Source of the DNA: Dehalococcoidia bacterium
GTDB lineage: Bacteria > Chloroflexota > Dehalococcoidia > SZUA-161
Direction of reading: 5' to 3'
Length of the DNA stretch: 36,331 nt
Assembly (NCBI GenBank): GCA_004376205.1
Contig: SOKG01000105.1
Span: 1-36,331, forward strand
The notes beneath the pieces are model-generated. The model searched no databases and had not been told where the DNA came from. It worked only from the letters and a program-made list of their open reading frames with translations. Below, piece after piece: positions 8,248-17,591 of this stretch; position 1 is the first letter of the stretch, and the number at the start of each line of letters is the position of its first letter. A program made the translations under genes and the position numbers.

Positions 8248-10191
8248 GTGATAGAGCGTTATGGATATGCGGGGAGAATCCTGAGGATTGATCTATCATC
8301 AGGAATCATAGCCCATATCCCAACGATGGAATATGCTGATCGGTTCCTCGGCGGGAGGGGCATCGCCGCCAGAATCTACTGGGGTGAGGTCCCTCCGGAA
8401 GCAAACGCCTTCGACCCCGAAAACCGATTGATGTTCTTCACCGGTCCCCTCGCAGGATTCAACGGACTGGGCAGCTCCAGATGGACAGTCTGCGGCAAAT
8501 CTCCGCTCACCATGCCTGAGCAGTTCTCCTACAGCAATCTGGGTGGAGGTTGGGGGGTGCAACTCAAGTTTGCCGGTTACGATGGCATCGTCATCCAGGG
8601 CAAATCGGATGGGCCGGTCTATCTTTTCGTCGATGATGGCTCCGCCGAGATAAGGGATGCTTCTGCTCTCTGGGGTAGGAGCACCATTGAGGTGCGGGAG
8701 ATGCTGAAGGGAGAGCTTGGGAGCTCTGTAGGGGTGGTGGCCTGTGGCCCCGCTGGTGAGAATATGGTCCGCTTTGCCAGTCTGCTCGCTGACCAAGATG
8801 CGAGTGGCTCCAGTGGCTTTGGAGCTGTTATGGGTTCCAAGAAATTGAAGGCCATCGCGGTGAGGGGTAGCGGAAGGATGGTCGCGGCCAACCCGGATAA
8901 GCTTCGAGAACTCACGAGAGTGGTTCGTGAACTGAAAAGCGATCTTATAGGAACTGGCCAACAGGACTTGATAGCAGGCCCGAAAATGAAGAAAGACGTC
9001 TGCTATGGCTGCATAGGTGCCTGCATAAGGCAAACGTTCGAGGCGAAAGACGGGACAAAGGGCAAGTTTACCTGCGGGTCTGCGTGGTTCTATCAGGAGC
9101 GGGCCCTTAGATATTATGGGCAATGGAATGAGACCCCGTTTTTTGCCAACAGGCTCTGCGATGGCCACGGCCTTGATACCGACTCAGTGTACACATTGAT
9201 CATGTGGCTTTCAAGGTGCCACAAGGCAGGCATCTTGAGCGACGACGACACTGGCATTCCGCTATCGAAGTTGGGCAGCCTCGAATTCATAGAAACCCTG
9301 GTAGGAAAAATCTCGCTCAGGGATGGCTTCGGGGACCCTCTAGCCCAGGGGCTAACCAGGGCAGCCGATCTAGTGGGAAGAGGAGCAGAACAGCTGATCA
9401 CGGACTACACTTCCAAAGCAGGAAACAACTCAGCATATTGTCCCAGGATGTATCTTTCATCAGCGCTGCTATATGCCATGGAACCACGGCAACCCATACA
9501 GCAACTGCACGAAATAGCCATTCCCCACTTTGCCTGGCTGGGATGGCTCAACAAAGCTGAGGGTTCCTACCTTTCCAGCGATTTGTATCGCAGGGTCGCC
9601 CGAAGGTTCTGGGGCAGCGAGCTTGCAGCTGATTTCTCCACCTATGAGGGGAAAGCCTTGGCAACAACGAAGATCCAAGATCGCGAGTACGCTAAAGAAA
9701 GCCTGATCCTCTGCGACTGGATGTGGCCCATTACCCATGCTCGGTATTCTGAGGACCACATGGGTGACCCAACCCTTGAAAGCAGGCTGCTTTCCGCGGT
9801 TATGGGAAAAGAAGTGGCGGAGGAGGAGCTTTACCGGATAGGTGAGAGGATATTCAACCTGCAAAGGGCGATAGCCGCCAGGGAAGGCCATAGAGGAAGG
9901 GAAAGCGACAGACTTCCCGAGCCCTTCCATACAAGGCCTCTAAAAGCCTCTGTTCAAGACCCCGAATGCCTCGCGCCTGGAAAGGACGGGGCGGTGATCT
10001 CCAGAAAGGGTGCAGTGGTAGACAGAGAGAGATTTGAGGGGATGAAAGACCAATACTATCAGCTTAGAGGGTGGGATGTTGCTACTGGCCTCCAGACAAA
10101 GGCGAAGCTCGAGGAACTTGACCTTCATGACGTTGCTGCAGACTTGGAGCAGAGGGGACTGGTAGGCATCCATGAGGAAACGAGCGAGTGA
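8248..10191 (+). CDS. aor: aldehyde:ferredoxin oxidoreductase family (tungstopterin enzyme)
   Basis: 647-aa ORF with a GTG start after GGGGG. YAGRILRIDLS, DPENRLMFFTGPLAG, GAVMGSKKLKAIAV and CYGCIGAC (CxxCxxxC 4Fe-4S ligands) match the AOR family. Substrate is not assignable. Confidence 0.9.
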   Translation: MIERYGYAGRILRIDLSSGIIAHIPTMEYADRFLGGRGIAARIYWGEVPPEANAFDPENRLMFFTGPLAGFNGLGSSRWTVCGKSPLTMPEQFSYSNLGGGWGVQLKFAGYDGIVIQGKSDGPVYLFVDDGSAEIRDASALWGRSTIEVREMLKGELGSSVGVVACGPAGENMVRFASLLADQDASGSSGFGAVMGSKKLKAIAVRGSGRMVAANPDKLRELTRVVRELKSDLIGTGQQDLIAGPKMKKDVCYGCIGACIRQTFEAKDGTKGKFTCGSAWFYQERALRYYGQWNETPFFANRLCDGHGLDTDSVYTLIMWLSRCHKAGILSDDDTGIPLSKLGSLEFIETLVGKISLRDGFGDPLAQGLTRAADLVGRGAEQLITDYTSKAGNNSAYCPRMYLSSALLYAMEPRQPIQQLHEIAIPHFAWLGWLNKAEGSYLSSDLYRRVARRFWGSELAADFSTYEGKALATTKIQDREYAKESLILCDWMWPITHARYSEDHMGDPTLESRLLSAVMGKEVAEEELYRIGERIFNLQRAIAAREGHRGRESDRLPEPFHTRPLKASVQDPECLAPGKDGAVISRKGAVVDRERFEGMKDQYYQLRGWDVATGLQTKAKLEELDLHDVAADLEQRGLVGIHEETSE

Positions 10192-10303
10192 GGGCTTGTT
10201 GGCATCAAAACGCGAACTTCACGCCAGATACTAGAAGATCGCCTGGATGAGTTCATGTTAATAGGTGATGGGGTCACGAGTCATGGGGAACGAGTGAATC
10301 TCC

Positions 10304-10333
10304 TTGACAAATATAGGCCAGCATTGTTAAAGT
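10304..10333 (+). promoter_or_regulatory. sigma70-like promoter upstream of cobO
   Basis: TTGACA (10304-10309), an 18-nt spacer ending in TGT, then TAAAGT (10328-10333). The ATG is 43 nt downstream. Confidence 0.4.
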
Positions 10334-10375
10334 TAGAACGCGCGCAGCGCTCCCAAGCGGATTAGTGGCAAGCAG

Positions 10376-10924
10376 ATGACAAATACGCCGCAGGCATCCT
10401 CAGACAGGAAAGGTCTTGTTGAAGTTTTCACCGGTGATGGCAGGGGTAAGACCACGGCAGCGCTGGGTGTGATACTCCGTGCCTTGGGCCACGACTTTCG
10501 AGTTTGCATCATCCATTTTATGAAGGGCAATTACCCTTACGGGGAACAGAAGACTCTAGCTCGTCTTCCCAATGTTACCCTAGCTGTTTTTGGCAGAGCG
10601 AGCTTTGTGGACCCCCACAATGTTGAGGAAGAGGATAGGAAGGAGGCGCGAAGGGCGCTCAACGCTGCCCGGGAGGCGATGCTCAGCGGCAAGTACGACC
10701 TAGTGGTGCTTGATGAGGTAAACGTAGCTTCCGCCTGGGGGCTCGTGGGGCTCGACGAGGTGATCAAGCTAATCGAGGACAAACCGCAGAATGTGGAGCT
10801 TATCCTCACAGGTCGCTATGCTGACAAGAAGCTGATAGAACTGGCTGATCTGGTAACCGAGATGGTGGCGATAAAGCACCCCTTTGACGAGGGGATCGAG
10901 GCTCGGCCCGGCCTCGACTATTAG
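10376..10924 (+). CDS. cobO: cob(I)yrinic acid a,c-diamide / cob(I)alamin adenosyltransferase
   Basis: GLVEVFTGDGRGKTTAALG P-loop, DLVVLDE and ELILTGR, at 182 aa, fit the CobO/BtuR family. Confidence 0.9.
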   Translation: MTNTPQASSDRKGLVEVFTGDGRGKTTAALGVILRALGHDFRVCIIHFMKGNYPYGEQKTLARLPNVTLAVFGRASFVDPHNVEEEDRKEARRALNAAREAMLSGKYDLVVLDEVNVASAWGLVGLDEVIKLIEDKPQNVELILTGRYADKKLIELADLVTEMVAIKHPFDEGIEARPGLDY

Positions 10925-10990
10925 CATTAAAGCTGGGAATGACAAACACCGTAAAGGCAGCTAGACCCAAACAAGGAAGGAGAGCGGAAA

Positions 10991-12085
10991 ATGGTCACCT
11001 TAAGTGTAATCAAGGCGGACATTGGCGGGTATGTGGGGCATTCCAGTTCCCATCCCGATATACTGGCTTTGGCTCAGGAGTGCCTGGAGAAGGCAAAGAA
11101 GGATGGATTGCTGATTGACTATCATGTCACCCGCTGTGGCGATGACCTCCAGCTCATCATGACCCACGAGCAGGGAGAGGAGAATGAGCGCATCCACAAA
11201 CTGGCCTGGGACACCTTTGTCGAAGGTGCTGAGCTTGCCAGGAAGATGGGGCTTTACGGAGCAGGGCAGGACCTGCTTGCCGATGCCTTCTCGGGAAACG
11301 TGAAGGGAATGGGGCCTGGGGTGGCGGAGATGCAGTTCGAGGAGCGGCCGTCCGAGCCGGTAATCATCTTCATGGCGGACAAGACATCGGCAGGGGCCTG
11401 GAATATGCCCCTATATAAGATGTTCGCTGATCCCTTCAACACCATCGGGCTGGTGATTGCCCCCAACATGCATAGTGGATTCTCTTTCGAGGTGCAAGAC
11501 GTCAAGGAGCATAAGAAGGTCACCTTCAATGCCCCCGAGGAGATCTATGATATGCTGATCTTTATTGGTGCCCCCTCCCGCTATATGGTGAAATCGGTAT
11601 CTCAGCGGGAGACCGGCAACATCGCTGCCGTTTCCTCGACGCAGCGTCTCGCTCTCATCGCTGGCAGATATGTGGGCAAGGATGACCCGGTCTGCATTGT
11701 TCGCGCCCAAGGAGAATTTCCCGCAGTAGGTGAAATACTCGAACCCTTCAGCCATCCGCACCTGGTAGAGGGGTGGATGAGGGGCTCGCACCACGGCCCA
11801 TTCATGCCGGTGGCCATACACGAAAGCAATCCTTCACGGTTCGATGGGCCGCCCAGAGTGACTGCTGCTGGCTTCCAACTGGCAGGTGGCAAGTTGGTCG
11901 GTCCCCGCGATATGTTCGACGATCCCAGCTTTGACGAAGCGCGTCACATGGCTAACATCGCTGCCGAGTATATGCGCCGTCACGGTCCTTTCGAACCACA
12001 TCGCCTTCCACTTGAGGAAATGGAGTACACCACCATGCCTTATGTGATGAAGAAGCTGGAGGGAAGATTTACCGACCTTGAGTGA
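10991..12085 (+). CDS. fbp: bifunctional fructose-1,6-bisphosphate aldolase/phosphatase (class V FBPase)
   Basis: MVTLSVIKADIGGYVGHSSSHP at the N-terminus and the 364-aa length match this highly conserved family. Confidence 0.92.
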   Translation: MVTLSVIKADIGGYVGHSSSHPDILALAQECLEKAKKDGLLIDYHVTRCGDDLQLIMTHEQGEENERIHKLAWDTFVEGAELARKMGLYGAGQDLLADAFSGNVKGMGPGVAEMQFEERPSEPVIIFMADKTSAGAWNMPLYKMFADPFNTIGLVIAPNMHSGFSFEVQDVKEHKKVTFNAPEEIYDMLIFIGAPSRYMVKSVSQRETGNIAAVSSTQRLALIAGRYVGKDDPVCIVRAQGEFPAVGEILEPFSHPHLVEGWMRGSHHGPFMPVAIHESNPSRFDGPPRVTAAGFQLAGGKLVGPRDMFDDPSFDEARHMANIAAEYMRRHGPFEPHRLPLEEMEYTTMPYVMKKLEGRFTDLE

Positions 12086-12707
12086 GCAAGCGAAGCTTCT
12101 GGTCGCCAGCAATAACCTGGGCAAACTCCGGGAGTATGCTTCACTGCTTAGCGGTCTACCCTTCGAACTCACCACCCTCGCCGGGGAGAGGATCACGGAC
12201 GAGATCGAGGAGACCGGCTCAAGCATGGAGCAAAATGCGATTCAGAAGGCCACCGCATACGCTGCGCTGAGCGGGCTTATCACCCTGGCCGATGACTCCG
12301 GGCTGGAGGTAGACGCCCTAGACGGTGAGCCTGGATCGCTTTCCCGCCGCTATGCCGGGGAGAATGTCTCGGATATGGAAAGGATGGACTACCTTCTGGC
12401 AAAGCTTGACGGCGTGCCCTGGGAGGCAAGGGGGGCACGGTTCAGGTGTGTCATCGCTATCGCCACCCCAGAGGGCAGGGTGGAGACCTGCCAGGGTGTG
12501 TGTGAAGGCATTGTAGCGCTTGATTCTAAAGGCGAAGGGGGCTTTGGATACGACCCCATTTTCTATTTGCCGGAGCTGGATAAGAGAATGGCGGAGCTCA
12601 CGCTTGAGGAGAAGAACAGGATAAGCCATCGGGCGAGGGCGGCGCAGAAGGCGAGGCCGATTCTGGAGCTACTGGGGGAGCAGAAAAGATATGACCAGAC
12701 TCTCTGA
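12078..12707 (+). CDS. rdgB: dITP/XTP pyrophosphatase (Ham1/RdgB)
   Basis: LLVASNNLGKLRE, DDSGLEVDALDGEPG, GFGYDPIF and ISHRA motifs. The TTG start overlaps the fbp stop by 8 nt, so the start is uncertain. Confidence 0.88.
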   Translation: MSEQAKLLVASNNLGKLREYASLLSGLPFELTTLAGERITDEIEETGSSMEQNAIQKATAYAALSGLITLADDSGLEVDALDGEPGSLSRRYAGENVSDMERMDYLLAKLDGVPWEARGARFRCVIAIATPEGRVETCQGVCEGIVALDSKGEGGFGYDPIFYLPELDKRMAELTLEEKNRISHRARAAQKARPILELLGEQKRYDQTL

Positions 12708-13668
12708 TTCCTTTCAACGTCCCCTGAACTACCTGCGAATCTCGGTCACCGACCGCTGCAATTTGAGGTGCACTTACTGCATGCCCTCCGAAGGCATCTC
12801 CTTGATGCCTCACGAAGATATTCTCAGCTACGAGGAGATCTGTATCGTAGCCCGGGCGGCGGCGGAGTTAGGCATCGTCAAAGTCAGGCTTACCGGTGGC
12901 GAACCCCTGGTGAGGGCAGAACTGACCAACCTGGTGGCTATGTTGGCCCGAATAGAGGGTATTGACGATATCTCGTTGACAACAAACGCCGTGCTTTTGC
13001 AGTGCTGTGCTGACGAGCTCAAGAGCGCAGGGTTGCGCCGCGTCAATGTCAGCCTTGATTCGCTTCGCAGCGATAGGTTTCAGCGAATCACTCGGGTGGG
13101 CAATCTGGACGATGTGCTTGGGGGCATTGAAGCTGCCAGGCAAGCTGGGCTTGATCCGGTAAAGACCAATACGGTTGTTGTCCGCGGCATGAACGACGAT
13201 GAGGTTCTTGACTTCGCCCGGCTGACAATTGAGGATGAGTGGCACGTGCGGTTTATCGAGTACATGCCCTTCTCCAACGGTAAAAAAATGGATCATTTAC
13301 TGGTGCCCGTGTCCGAGATGAAGCAGCGCATCGAGACTCTGAGCAAGCTGGAGCCCTCTCTTTCCAGCGGGGGAGGACCAGCCAGGTACTTTCGCCTTCC
13401 CGGAGCAAGGGGCACTATCGGCTTCATCAGCCCGGTCAGCGAGCACTTCTGCCGGTCATGCAATAGGCTGCGTCTCACTGCGGACGGTAAACTGCGTCCC
13501 TGCCTTTTCTCGGATACGGAAATCGACCTCCGGGAGCCCCTGCGTCAGGGGGCAGCCGCTGATGATATAAAGCGCTTGATCCAGGAGGCTGCATCGTGCA
13601 AACCCGAGGGGCATAAACTGAGAGCGGGAATCACCTGCGAGCGGTTCATGGTACAGATCGGAGGCTGA
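12691..13668 (+). CDS. moaA: GTP 3',8-cyclase MoaA (radical SAM)
   Basis: [18 protein letters not shown] (CxxxCxxC), TGGEPL, and the C-terminal auxiliary cluster cysteines [18 protein letters not shown]. Confidence 0.92.
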   Translation: MTRLSDSFQRPLNYLRISVTDRCNLRCTYCMPSEGISLMPHEDILSYEEICIVARAAAELGIVKVRLTGGEPLVRAELTNLVAMLARIEGIDDISLTTNAVLLQCCADELKSAGLRRVNVSLDSLRSDRFQRITRVGNLDDVLGGIEAARQAGLDPVKTNTVVVRGMNDDEVLDFARLTIEDEWHVRFIEYMPFSNGKKMDHLLVPVSEMKQRIETLSKLEPSLSSGGGPARYFRLPGARGTIGFISPVSEHFCRSCNRLRLTADGKLRPCLFSDTEIDLREPLRQGAAADDIKRLIQEAASCKPEGHKLRAGITCERFMVQIGG

Positions 13669-13676
13669 CGGCTGAA

Positions 13677-14543
13677 ATGATCGAGATCTATACCGACGGC
13701 GCATGCTTGGGAAGCCCCGGCCCTGGGGGATGGGCGGCGATTATCGCGAGCGATGCCGGCAGGCAGGAAGTAAAAGGGCGGGAGGAAAAAACGACCAGCA
13801 ATCGGATGGAGATGACGGCGGCCATTAAAGGGCTGGCTCATACCCCGGTGGGGTCTGAGGTTAGAATCGAGAGCGACAGCCAGTATCTTGTCTATACCAT
13901 GACTAAGAACTGGAAGCGCAAGGCCAACCTCGACCTCTGGGACGAGCTGGATAGGCTGGTGGCTGAGCGGAACGTGGACTGGATTTGGATCAGGGGACAT
14001 GGTGGACATCCGGGGAACGAGCGAGCCAACATGCTGGCGAACGAGATGGCCGGCATTGTCGAAGAGTATCCCAGGCCGACCCACTTTGACCTCGAAGGCA
14101 GAGTCCACATGGTTGACATAACCGAAAAGCCGATAAGCGAGCGGGTTGCGGTTGCCAGGGGTACGGTGACCATGAAAGCGGCGACCCTGGAGTTGATAAA
14201 GCGGGGTGAGATGAAGAAAGGGGATGTTCTTGCTGTGGCCCAGCTTGCTGGGATCATGGCGGCGAAGCAGACCCCTCAGCTCATCCCTCTTTGCCATCCG
14301 CTGCCGATTACCAGCGTTGACGTGGATCTGAAACTGGACGAAAAGCGCTCCGCAGTGGAGATCGCTGCAACAGTCAGGACCACGGCGCAGACCGGGGTGG
14401 AGATGGAGGCTCTCACTGCGGTAACGGTGGCTGCGCTCACAATCTACGACATGTGCAAGGCGGTGGATCGGGCCATGCGCATCGATCACATACGCCTTGC
14501 CAGGAAGAGCGGGGGCAGGGGCGGGGAGATTATCCTCGAATGA
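13677..14543 (+). CDS. moaC: RNase HI domain fused in frame to cyclic pyranopterin monophosphate synthase MoaC
   Basis: Residues 1-125 read [18 protein letters not shown]...[11 protein letters not shown]...[10 protein letters not shown]...[18 protein letters not shown], which is RNase HI. From about residue 135 the sequence reads [18 protein letters not shown]...[29 protein letters not shown]...[26 protein letters not shown], which is a full MoaC. There is no stop or obvious internal SD between the two domains. Confidence 0.85.
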   Translation: MIEIYTDGACLGSPGPGGWAAIIASDAGRQEVKGREEKTTSNRMEMTAAIKGLAHTPVGSEVRIESDSQYLVYTMTKNWKRKANLDLWDELDRLVAERNVDWIWIRGHGGHPGNERANMLANEMAGIVEEYPRPTHFDLEGRVHMVDITEKPISERVAVARGTVTMKAATLELIKRGEMKKGDVLAVAQLAGIMAAKQTPQLIPLCHPLPITSVDVDLKLDEKRSAVEIAATVRTTAQTGVEMEALTAVTVAALTIYDMCKAVDRAMRIDHIRLARKSGGRGGEIILE

Positions 14544-14762
14544 GGCCTGGTTTGGCACAGAACACCTCCTCCGTCCCCCAGAGAAGGGAAGACAGGCGAA
14601 ATAAGGCCAACCAGTGCACTCTAGGCCTCAAGTGCTACGCAATATCTTCCTTGCTCAATCGCAGTACTATCTTCTTATAAATAGTGCCTGATATGGCTAT
14701 TGAATACCCGCTGGTGGGTGTGGTAAGGTCTGGACAGGGTAGTTGAGGATGAGGCAGGTGCC

Positions 14763-15896
14763 ATGAAGAAAAGTAGAATCGGCGTTCTTACCGGCGGCGG
14801 GGACTGCGCCGGGCTGAACCCTGCCATCAAATGGGTGGTAAAAACTGCACTTGATGAGCGGCTCCAGGGTGTGAGAGGTGTCAGCTATCAAGTTCTAGGT
14901 ATCAGGGACGGCTGGAAGGGCCTGATCTACGCCGAACCTGGAAGCAAGGACTACATTCAACACCTTGATGAAGAGATGGTAAGAACTTGGGATAGATACG
15001 GCGGTACTTCTTTGGGGACCTCGCGGACAAATCCCTACGATCCCAAGAATGATCAGTCTAAGAGAGTGTTGCAGAATATCGATAATCTTGGCCTGGATGT
15101 TGTAGTAGCTATAGGGGGAGAGGATACCCTGGGCGTGGCCTACAAGTTGTCCCAGACAGGCATTAATGTCGTCGGTATCCCCAAGACTATCGACAAGGAC
15201 CTTCCCGGAACTGATTATACGCTTGGATACGATACAGCTTTGAATGTTATTACAGAAGAGGTTGACAGGCTGAGGAGCACTGCGGGTTCTCACAAAAGGA
15301 TATTTGTGGTGGAGACAATGGGGAGGCACGCGGGCTTCCTGGCTTTGGAGGGTGGAGAATCGTGCGGAGCATACATCATCTTAATCCCGGAGTATGACTT
15401 TTCAATGGAAAGGGTGAGCGAGCTGCTTCTCGACCGAAAAAGGATGGGGTCCAGGTATAGCATTATCATGGTGGCAGAGGGGGCAAAGCCGGAAGGCAGC
15501 TCTGAGGTCGTGGCGGGGGATGAGGTGGATGGCTTTGGTCATAAGGCCCTCGGGGGAATTGGTGAGTTCGTGGCCAAAGAAATCCGCGAGGGTCGTGGGA
15601 TGGACACGCGAAGCATCGTCCTGAGCCATCTGCAGCGAGGCGGCGCTCCATCTGCCTTTGACCGCAGGATGGGTCGCTATTTTGGCATCGCTGCCGTCGA
15701 TTTGGTGGTGGAGAGGAATTTTGGTAAGCTAGTGAGCCTGACGAATGGCAAAATCACTGCTGTGCCTCTTGAGACGGTCATGGAGAAGCCGAGATCGGTA
15801 GATATTAACACTGAGTACGACACTGACAGATACAACGGGCGCCGGACCATTCTGAACCATGTCGCGGAGAAACAACATGCAAGAAGTCTGCGGTAG
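14763..15896 (+). CDS. pfp: 6-phosphofructokinase, residues suggest the PPi-dependent type
   Basis: RIGVLTGGGDCAGLN, GGEDTLG, IPKTIDKDL and MGRHAG motifs. The Asp in GGED (E. coli Gly104 position) and the Lys in PKTID (Gly124 position) are the classical PPi-PFK discriminators. Confidence 0.85.
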   Translation: MKKSRIGVLTGGGDCAGLNPAIKWVVKTALDERLQGVRGVSYQVLGIRDGWKGLIYAEPGSKDYIQHLDEEMVRTWDRYGGTSLGTSRTNPYDPKNDQSKRVLQNIDNLGLDVVVAIGGEDTLGVAYKLSQTGINVVGIPKTIDKDLPGTDYTLGYDTALNVITEEVDRLRSTAGSHKRIFVVETMGRHAGFLALEGGESCGAYIILIPEYDFSMERVSELLLDRKRMGSRYSIIMVAEGAKPEGSSEVVAGDEVDGFGHKALGGIGEFVAKEIREGRGMDTRSIVLSHLQRGGAPSAFDRRMGRYFGIAAVDLVVERNFGKLVSLTNGKITAVPLETVMEKPRSVDINTEYDTDRYNGRRTILNHVAEKQHARSLR

Positions 15897-17130
15897 AATT
15901 GACTATCTGGTGGAAGACGCCGTCTTTGCCTCTGATGACCAGACAAAGGAAGAAGGCCGGCGGGCAATTCGGGAACTGGCGCTTGACCAGGGAATCTACC
16001 CCGCAAGCATTCAAGGCCTGTATGAAGCAGCAGGCAGAGGTTTATATAACGGCATGACAGTGCCGGCGATCAATATCCGTGGCATCACTTATAATGTGGC
16101 GAGGGCTGTCTTCAGGGCCGCTCTGAAAGACAGGGTTGGCGCCTTCATCTTCGAGATCGCCCGCTCCGAGATAGGATATACAGGCCAAAGGCCCGCTGAA
16201 TATACAGCCTGTGTGCTGGCTGCCGCAATCAAGGAGGGATTCAGGGGCCCCGTTTTCCTTCAGGGCGACCACTTCCAGGTTAACCCTGGCAGGTATAGCG
16301 CGGAACCGGAAAAGGAATTGAACGCAATCAAAGAGTTGATTCGTGATGCAGTGAGCGCCGGATTCCTTAACATTGATGTGGATGCCTCAACCATTGTCGA
16401 TTTAGAGAGGCAGAGCCTCGAAGAGCAGCAGGAGAAGAATTGTCAGGTCACTGCAGATATGACCGGGTTTATACGCGGTATCGAGCCCGAAGGAATAACC
16501 ATTTCCGTCGGTGGAGAGATAGGGGAAGTAGGGAGGAGAAACAGCACGGTGGAGGACCTCAGGGCCTTTATGCCGGGATACCTTAGTCTGTTGGGTTCCG
16601 GTGTCAAGGGAATCTCGAAGATCAGCGTGCAAACCGGCACGGCTCACGGGGGGGTTGTCCTACCTGATGGGTCAATTGCAGGTGTTCAACTCGATTTCAA
16701 CACTCTGGGAGAGCTGTCCAAAGCGGCGCGGGAGGAATATGGTATGGGCGGCGCTGTGCAGCACGGAGCTTCCACTCTTCCTGACGAGGCCTTTGATAAG
16801 TTCCCAGAGGTGGGCACATTAGAAGTGCACCTGGCCACAGGATTTCAGAACATTATCTATGACAGCCCGCATTTTCCCAGGGAGCTGTTGAACGTTATCT
16901 ATAGGCATCTTTGGGATAAGTACTCTGCTGAGAGAAAGCCAGGCGAGACCGAGAAACAATTCCTATACAAAACTCGAAAGAAGGCGTTTGGCGATTTCAA
17001 AAAGGAAATGTGGAGCCTTCCTGAAGAGAATCTTGATGGGCTAAGGGAAACGCTCGAGGAGCGCTTTTCGTTGCTCTTCCGGAAACTCAATGTAGTTGAG
17101 ACAGAGGAGCTGGTTGCCAGGTTTGTGTAA
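15877..17130 (+). CDS. fba: class II fructose/ketose-bisphosphate aldolase
   Basis: VPAINIRG, FLQGDHF, VGGEIGEVG, QTGTAHGG and VQHGAST match class II aldolase metal and substrate motifs. The start is placed at the second ATG (15877), 7 nt after GGAGAA. The track start 15859 would overlap pfp by 38 nt. Confidence 0.85.
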   Translation: MQEVCGRIDYLVEDAVFASDDQTKEEGRRAIRELALDQGIYPASIQGLYEAAGRGLYNGMTVPAINIRGITYNVARAVFRAALKDRVGAFIFEIARSEIGYTGQRPAEYTACVLAAAIKEGFRGPVFLQGDHFQVNPGRYSAEPEKELNAIKELIRDAVSAGFLNIDVDASTIVDLERQSLEEQQEKNCQVTADMTGFIRGIEPEGITISVGGEIGEVGRRNSTVEDLRAFMPGYLSLLGSGVKGISKISVQTGTAHGGVVLPDGSIAGVQLDFNTLGELSKAAREEYGMGGAVQHGASTLPDEAFDKFPEVGTLEVHLATGFQNIIYDSPHFPRELLNVIYRHLWDKYSAERKPGETEKQFLYKTRKKAFGDFKKEMWSLPEENLDGLRETLEERFSLLFRKLNVVETEELVARFV

Positions 17131-17174
17131 ACCCTTCTCTTGAATCGAAGCGGTGGCGGCGCAAACGCCGCAGC

Positions 17175-17477
17175 ATGATGCAGGCCAGTGGGCAGTTAAC
17201 GGACGGAAAGGCGGTGGCTAGCTATATGGGCTGGATTTGGACCTTGGGCGGAACGTGCTTCGGGTATCGAGATGGAGACAAGCTCTGGGATCATGAGGGT
17301 CACCACGTAGGCACGTTCCAGGGAGATGAGGTCTACAGCCTGGATGGCCGCTACCTTGGCGAGATAAAGGAAAACCTCTTGATCATCAATCAATCCAAGC
17401 AGGCGCGCTGGCGCGCGATGTTCACGCCCTACGCGAAACGCGCTGGCAGGTCGAAACACGGTGATTATGCCGTATGA
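17175..17477 (+). CDS. small hypothetical protein, resembles 4-fold beta-flower family
   Basis: 100-aa ORF. The repeated pattern G..LWDHEGHHVGTFQGDEVYSLDGRYLGEI resembles 4-fold beta-flower proteins as I recall them. Start uncertain (M1/M2/M18). Confidence 0.4.
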   Translation: MMQASGQLTDGKAVASYMGWIWTLGGTCFGYRDGDKLWDHEGHHVGTFQGDEVYSLDGRYLGEIKENLLIINQSKQARWRAMFTPYAKRAGRSKHGDYAV

Positions 17478-17591
17478 GCTAATGGGCGCCGGCTAGAAGA
17501 CTTCCCCGCTCCCGAAGGACTACGAGGCAAATTCATAATAGCTGGCCGTGCCAAGACCGCGACTTCGCTCCCCTCAGCCCTGAAGGGCCCC

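Noticed and set aside
8299-9168. 289-aa minus-strand track ORF, plus other long ORFs antisense to aor
   Set aside because: It lies entirely antisense to a strongly motif-supported AOR gene. Its composition is Pro/Arg/Gly/Ser-rich with no recognisable motif, which is typical of shadow ORFs.
10334-10375. Cobalamin riboswitch upstream of cobO. Likewise a SAM-type riboswitch upstream of the COG1900 operon (31025-31330).
   Set aside because: The cobO leader is only about 40 nt. In the COG1900 upstream region I could not find the conserved cores of the SAM or B12 riboswitch classes that I know. A covariance-model scan would be needed to be sure.
13545-14558. 337-aa minus-strand track ORF spanning moaA and the RNase H-MoaC gene
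   Set aside because: It is antisense to two well-supported genes. It is Arg/Pro/His-rich and low complexity. It is a shadow ORF.
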